DNA from: an uncultured Gemmatimonadaceae bacterium
GTDB lineage: Bacteria; Gemmatimonadota; Gemmatimonadetes; Gemmatimonadales; Gemmatimonadaceae
Length of the DNA: 64,000 bases
NCBI GenBank assembly: GCA_963822945.1
Contig: CAWGJO010000020.1
Span: forward strand, 1 to 64,000
Direction: 5' to 3'
Part shown: piece by piece, positions 62,033 through 64,000 of the stretch
How the letters are laid out: every line of letters begins with the position of its first letter
Numbering within the stretch: the first letter of the stretch is position 1
Position numbers and translations under genes: made by a program
The notes under the pieces: model-generated
Database searches by the model: none
What the model saw: only the letters and a program-made list of their open reading frames with translations
Told to the model about the DNA's origin: nothing

Positions 62033-63367
62033 TCAGAATCCGCCGCCGAGATTCGTCGTCCCGCCGCGGAATTTGATCCGGCCCTTCTTCATGAAGCCGT
62101 CGTACTTCCGCAGCAGCAGGTGTTGCTGCATCTGCTGCAGCGTGTCGAGCGCCACACCGACCACGATCAGCAGCGAGGTGCCGCCGAACACGAATGGCGC
62201 GTTCACCACGCTCATCAGCCACGTCGGGAACAGCGCGATCGCGGTCAGGAACAGCGCGCCGGGCAGGGTGATGCGCGAGACCACGGCGTCGATGTACTCG
62301 GCCGTCCGCGCCCCCGGCTTCACGCCGGGGATGAACCCGCCCTGCTTCTTCAGATTCTCCGCCAGGTCGACCGGGTTGAAGATGATCGACGTGTAGAAGT
62401 AGGTGAAGAAGATGTTGAGCAGCGCGAACGTGACGTAGTACCACCCGGTGCCCGGGTTGAACAGGTCGGAGATGTCGCGCAGCCGCTGGTTGCCCATGAA
62501 CTGGGCGACCGCCGCCGGGACCACGATCACCGATTGCGCGAAGACGATCGGCATCACGCCCGCCGCGTTGATGCGTAGCGGGATGTAGCTGCGCGAGGCC
62601 TCGCGCATTCGCCCCCGGGCCATCGTACGCTGCGGAATCTGGATCAGCACCTTCCGGGCGCCGACCGTGATGTACACCGTGGCGGCGACCACCGCCATCA
62701 TGATGACCACCACGACGAGCAGCGAGAACGTGCCCAGCGCGCCGGTCGTCACGTAGGTGTAGGCCTGGCCGATGCTCGGCCAGATCCGCTCCACGATCGA
62801 GAAGAAGATCATGAGGCTGGCGCCGTTGCCGATGCCGTTCTCGGTGATCTGCTCGCCCAGCCACATCACGAACACGGCGCCGACGGTCAGGAAGAACGTG
62901 AACTGCAGCCGGAACGCCATCCCGGGGTTCATCACCACGTTGGGCATGCTCTCGGCGAACAGCGCGAAGCCCCAGCCCTGCACGGCGGCCAGCGCCACCG
63001 TGCCGTACCGCGTCCACTGCTCCACCGTCTTCCGGCCCTCTTCCTCCTTCTGCATCTTCTCGACCTGCGGCACCACGGCCGCGGCGATCTGGAAGAAGAT
63101 GCTCGACGAGATGTAGGGCATGATCCCGAGCGCGAACACCGTGGCCTTGGACAGCCCGCCGCCGGTGAACAGGTCGTACAGCCCGAGCAGACCACCCGAC
63201 TGCTGCTTGAAGAAGTCGGTCAGGCCCACCGGGTTGACGCCGGGTGCGGTGACGTGCGCGCCGATCCGGTAGATCAGCAGGCACAGCAGCGTGAAGAGGA
63301 TCTTCTCCTTCAGCTCCGGGGTCTTGAACAACCCCTGGACCGCCGCCATCGGGTTTGACTGGGCCAT
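62033..63367 (-). CDS. secY: Preprotein translocase subunit SecY
   Basis: FALGIMPYISSSI, WLGEQIT..GIGNG, AGVMPIVFA, FIPGVKPG, GGTSLLIVV. Confidence 0.98.
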   Translation of the reverse strand: MAQSNPMAAVQGLFKTPELKEKILFTLLCLLIYRIGAHVTAPGVNPVGLTDFFKQQSGGLLGLYDLFTGGGLSKATVFALGIMPYISSSIFFQIAAAVVPQVEKMQKEEEGRKTVEQWTRYGTVALAAVQGWGFALFAESMPNVVMNPGMAFRLQFTFFLTVGAVFVMWLGEQITENGIGNGASLMIFFSIVERIWPSIGQAYTYVTTGALGTFSLLVVVVIMMAVVAATVYITVGARKVLIQIPQRTMARGRMREASRSYIPLRINAAGVMPIVFAQSVIVVPAAVAQFMGNQRLRDISDLFNPGTGWYYVTFALLNIFFTYFYTSIIFNPVDLAENLKKQGGFIPGVKPGARTAEYIDAVVSRITLPGALFLTAIALFPTWLMSVVNAPFVFGGTSLLIVVGVALDTLQQMQQHLLLRKYDGFMKKGRIKFRGGTTNLGGGF

Positions 63368-63368
63368 G

Positions 63369-63836
63369 TTACTCCTCGACGCGGCCCCCGGCCGCGAGAA
63401 TCTTTTCGCGGGCACCGGCGCTGACCTTGAGGCCGCGCACCGTCAGCGCCTGCGTGATTTCGCCGTTGGCCAGCACCTTGCCCGGACCCTTCTTCGCCCG
63501 GAGCAGCCCGGCCTCGACCAGCGCTTCCGTGGTCACCTCGGTTCCCGCCGGCCACGTCGCCAGGTCGTCGAGCCGCACGATCTGCGCCTCGACCCGGAAC
63601 GGATTGGTGAACCCGCGCTTGGGCAGCCGCCGCGTGAGCGGCATCTGACCACCCTCGAAATGCGGCTTGCCGCCGCCCGGCCCATGGTGGCCCGAGCGGG
63701 CCTTGATGCCCTTGTGGCCCTTGCCCGACGTCTTGCCCGTGCCCGATCCGGGACCGCGGCCGAGCCGCTTCCGATCCCGATGCGAGGCCGGCGCCGCCGA
63801 GAGATTGTGCAGGCCGATCTTTTCAGAATTGCTCAC
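63369..63836 (-). CDS. rplO: 50S ribosomal protein L15
   Basis: [37 protein letters not shown]. Confidence 0.98.
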   Translation of the reverse strand: MSNSEKIGLHNLSAAPASHRDRKRLGRGPGSGTGKTSGKGHKGIKARSGHHGPGGGKPHFEGGQMPLTRRLPKRGFTNPFRVEAQIVRLDDLATWPAGTEVTTEALVEAGLLRAKKGPGKVLANGEITQALTVRGLKVSAGAREKILAAGGRVEE

Positions 63837-63840
63837 GATG

Positions 63841-64000
63841 TCACTCCTTCACCGGCGTCACTTCGACCAGATGACGCACCTTCTTGATTTGACCGCGGAG
63901 CGACGGCGAGTCCTGGTGGACCACCGCGTCCTGGTGGTGCTTCAGCCCGAGGGATTCGAGCGTCCGCCGCATGCGCCAGGAATGTCCGATCTTGCTCCGC
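63841..64000 (-). CDS. rpmD: 50S ribosomal protein L30, 5' truncated
   Basis: Manual translation [52 protein letters not shown]; lies upstream of rplO. Confidence 0.95.
   Translation of the reverse strand, partial: RSKIGHSWRMRRTLESLGLKHHQDAVVHQDSPSLRGQIKKVRHLVEVTPVKE

Overview
High-GC (about 70%) bacterial chromosomal segment, most likely Gemmatimonadota (inferred from gene content and style: several Hanks kinases, alpha2-type GlyRS, Arg/Gly-rich inserts in secreted enzymes). It holds about 49 genes, mostly housekeeping and envelope: nrdJ, anmK-murQ, priA, glyQS, purA, trpS, a formiminotransferase-cyclodeaminase fusion and the end of the spc operon (rpmD-rplO-secY-adk-map). I found no tRNA, rRNA, CRISPR array or transposase. 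At least seven genes, including purA and nrdJ, are frameshifted, mostly at short G/C runs, so these are treated as long-read errors. Most notable: (1) an operon with a His-less GAF histidine kinase, a small unknown protein, a ubiquitin-like protein without a Gly-Gly tail and a histone deacetylase, followed by a zinc-ribbon Ser/Thr kinase; (2) an FHA/kinase/PP2C/FHA-transmembrane-trypsin protease operon flanked by peptidoglycan genes; (3) a near-consensus purA promoter that runs straight into a terminator-like hairpin; (4) an unidentified structured RNA candidate after dps; (5) several short-period repeat and palindrome elements in intergenic DNA.
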